Shown here one piece after another: positions 61,364 through 64,000 of a stretch of 64,000 nt of DNA. The translations under genes and the position numbers were made by a program. Within the stretch, counting starts at the first letter, position 1; each line of letters starts with the position of its first letter. The stretch comes from the human T2T-CHM13v2.0 reference genome, Homo sapiens: the NCBI RefSeq assembly GCF_009914755.1, contig NC_060936.1; one strand, given 5' to 3'. The notes beneath the pieces were generated by a model. That model saw only the letters and a list, made by a program, of their open reading frames with translations. It had not been told where the DNA came from and searched no databases.

Positions 61364-62184
61364 TAGTTTTTATCTCTTCTGCAGAAACCAACTCAGAGTA
61401 CTTCTAACAGTTTCAAGTCCTAATTCATAATGTGAAGTTATGTTTTATTCTAACTAAGGTTAAGAAATTTTATAAATACTTAGAAACATAGTCGAGAAAA
61501 TAGGTTAATTCAGGAGATCTGATGGGAAATTACAGTGAGCAGTGCTAATCTGGGAGTCAGGTTGCTTTGAGGGTAACAATATTATAATTGCACATGCATA
61601 TGCAAGTATAGTAAATACTTTCTATATAATATAAATTTTATGGTCTTAAATACTCATATGTGAGCAACCATATGAATATATAAGAGGAATCATGTTATAT
61701 AAGGTGTCACGAAAGAAGAAAGGCCTTCCATGTATCAAACAAAAAACCCCCACAAACACAACCAGCATTTATCTTCCTTGGAAAAAGAAGAAATTAAAAA
61801 TCAAATAGAAGGTGAACATGTTAGCCCACTTTACTTCCATTCAATGATGTTAGCAAAAATATATCATTATAGAAGATTTAGGGGTACTGATGGTTAAGTG
61901 GGAAGAGTAGAAGTGATCTGGGTAGTTAAAATTTCTTCAGCTTTTTTCTCTTTAGTTTATTAATAAAAGCCATTTTATATGAACTATTTAAAAAATTTAT
62001 TTTTTTTGATGTGATGACTCAAGGTAGAATATATTGTATGAACTCTTGCATTATTATTTTTATTTATTTTTTTTGAGACGAAGTTTCGCTCTTGTTGCTC
62101 AGGCTGGAGTATAGTGGCATGACCTTGGCTCACTGCAACCTCTGCCTCCTGCGTTCAAGCAATTCTCCTGCCTTAGCCTCCTGA

Positions 62185-62394
<210 letters not shown>

Positions 62395-63082
62395 TGATAA
62401 TTGGCCATTATGCACAAGGCAAAGTCGAGATCCATAAGAGTTAAGTGATTTATTCGATGTTCTGGAGAGATGGCGTGGATGGGATCAGCGTTCGTTTTAC
62501 TGTATCTTAAGATTTTAGTTTTAGTCTTAGCACTATTATTATTTTATTAGACAGCAAGTCTCAGTTAATGTTGTGCAGGCTGATTTCAAACCCCTGGGGC
62601 CTCAAGCGATCCTCCCACCTCAGCCTCCCGAGTAGCTGGGACTATAGGTGTGCACCACCATGCCCAGCTAATTAAAACAATTTTTTATAGAAGCAGGGTT
62701 TCTCTATGTTGCCCAGGCTGGTGTCAAACTCCTGCATTCAAGCGATCCACCCACCTTGGCCTCCCAAAGTGCTGGGATTACAGGCATGAGCCACCGCACC
62801 CTGACACAAATAACATTTCAATATCTCACTTTCCTATTCTGTGAAATCAGGGATCAGAAAAATAACATTTTAAAATGTGATGGAGTTGGCTAGGGTAATC
62901 AAAAAAGTGTTCTGTGCTAGAAATTTGGAAATGCTTGGACAAACGAAGTTAAACAGTTTCTTAGCTATAGTATTTCTCAGAGCCTTTGACAAATTAACAT
63001 TCATAATAGTGGCATGTTGCCCTTCACAAACTTTTTGGACATATAAACACTTTTTGTTTTATGTTATGGCACACCATGTAAC

Positions 63083-63629
63083 TGCAGTGAATCTGAAGGA
63101 TTTCAGGGCAGAACAAAGAAAAAGATGTGACCACAAGGTGGCAGTGGGACACAACAAGCTCTCTTTGGACAGCGCTTTGACAGGTTTGTATGCCGGGAAG
63201 TCCCTCACAGCATGAGACCTTCCAAAGGCAGCGACAGTGTAGGGCGGCCACTACTCAGAAGGGGGAGGGTAAGAGAATTCCTGGAGGACTAGAGAGAGGG
63301 TGTATGTGTCATGACGTTGTTTAGCAGCAAGATCGGCGGGGCGGGTGGGGGGGTGTCTCTGGGTTACAGAGCTCCAAAGGGCAGCAGTGATTTGGGGTCT
63401 TTTATAGCCTGGGGTTTTTATCTATGGATAGTAGACGTTGAGTGTAGTTTGCAGGGTATGTAAAGCAGGTGGGCTCTAGATAGATGGCTAATAATTTGGT
63501 TATTTAGGCTATACTTAAACAATTGGATGTGTAAACATTTGATTTGGTGATGATGGGCTTTTGAGCTAACAGTCCTGGTTGCTGTGAAGAAGTAAACAAC
63601 ACAGGGCCCCAAAGGTCATTTTTAGATCA
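63083..63629 (-). mobile_element. MER74/MER73-like ERVL solo LTR
   Basis: Minus strand has TATAAAAG near 63400 and a MER74-like 3' end (ACTGCCACCTTGTGGTCACATCTTTTTC...AAATCCTTCAGATTCACTGCA); TGTAAC direct repeat at both flanks. Confidence 0.6.
63128..63146 (+). promoter_or_regulatory. CTCF core motif inside the LTR
   Basis: TGACCACAAGGTGGCAGTG, one mismatch to the degenerate consensus. Confidence 0.55.
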
Positions 63630-63776
63630 TGTAACGGTAACACCTAGTCCAGCATTTACCAACTGTGATCTTCCAGATCAAAAATATTTTTATTCCAAAT
63701 ATTTTGAACTCCTGCCATTTCAATGTCTACTTCCACTACTTCTGGCAGCCACACAAAAATATAAGAAGTGATTTGA

Positions 63777-63998
<222 letters not shown>

Positions 63999-64000
63999 GG

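Noticed and set aside
63167-63175. REST/NRSE site (GGACAGCGC)
   Set aside because: Only the right half-site is present; the TCAGCACC half is missing.

Overview
Primate (human-like) nuclear genomic DNA, very rich in repeats: by eye about 80 Alu pieces, many LTRs, L1/L2/MIR relics and Tigger/mariner DNA transposons. One complete protein-coding gene is present: ETFBKMT (METTL20, mitochondrial ETF-beta lysine methyltransferase) on the + strand. It has a CpG-rich promoter and non-coding exon near 40.0-40.2 kb and three coding exons (42784-43097, 46917-47047, 48477-48820) that splice in frame to 262 aa. Converging on it from the - strand are the last coding exon and 3'UTR of AMN1; its upstream exons were not found in the window. 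The first 39 kb show no host coding exon. They do hold a decayed gamma-type ERV env + PPT + MER66-like LTR broken by Alus, two nested LTR stacks, a very young AluYd8 and a strong CTCF motif. Nearly all ORFs in the supplied track are Alu read-throughs. I found no new multi-gene biological system. The best leads are regulatory or structural: uORFs in ETFBKMT exon 1, a dual acceptor/donor site, cryptic donors, a possible ETFBKMT/AMN1 3' overlap, a motif-dense LTR in the AMN1 intron, and fold-back rearrangements within Alus. Repeat subfamily names come from recalled consensus sequences and need RepeatMasker/Dfam confirmation.
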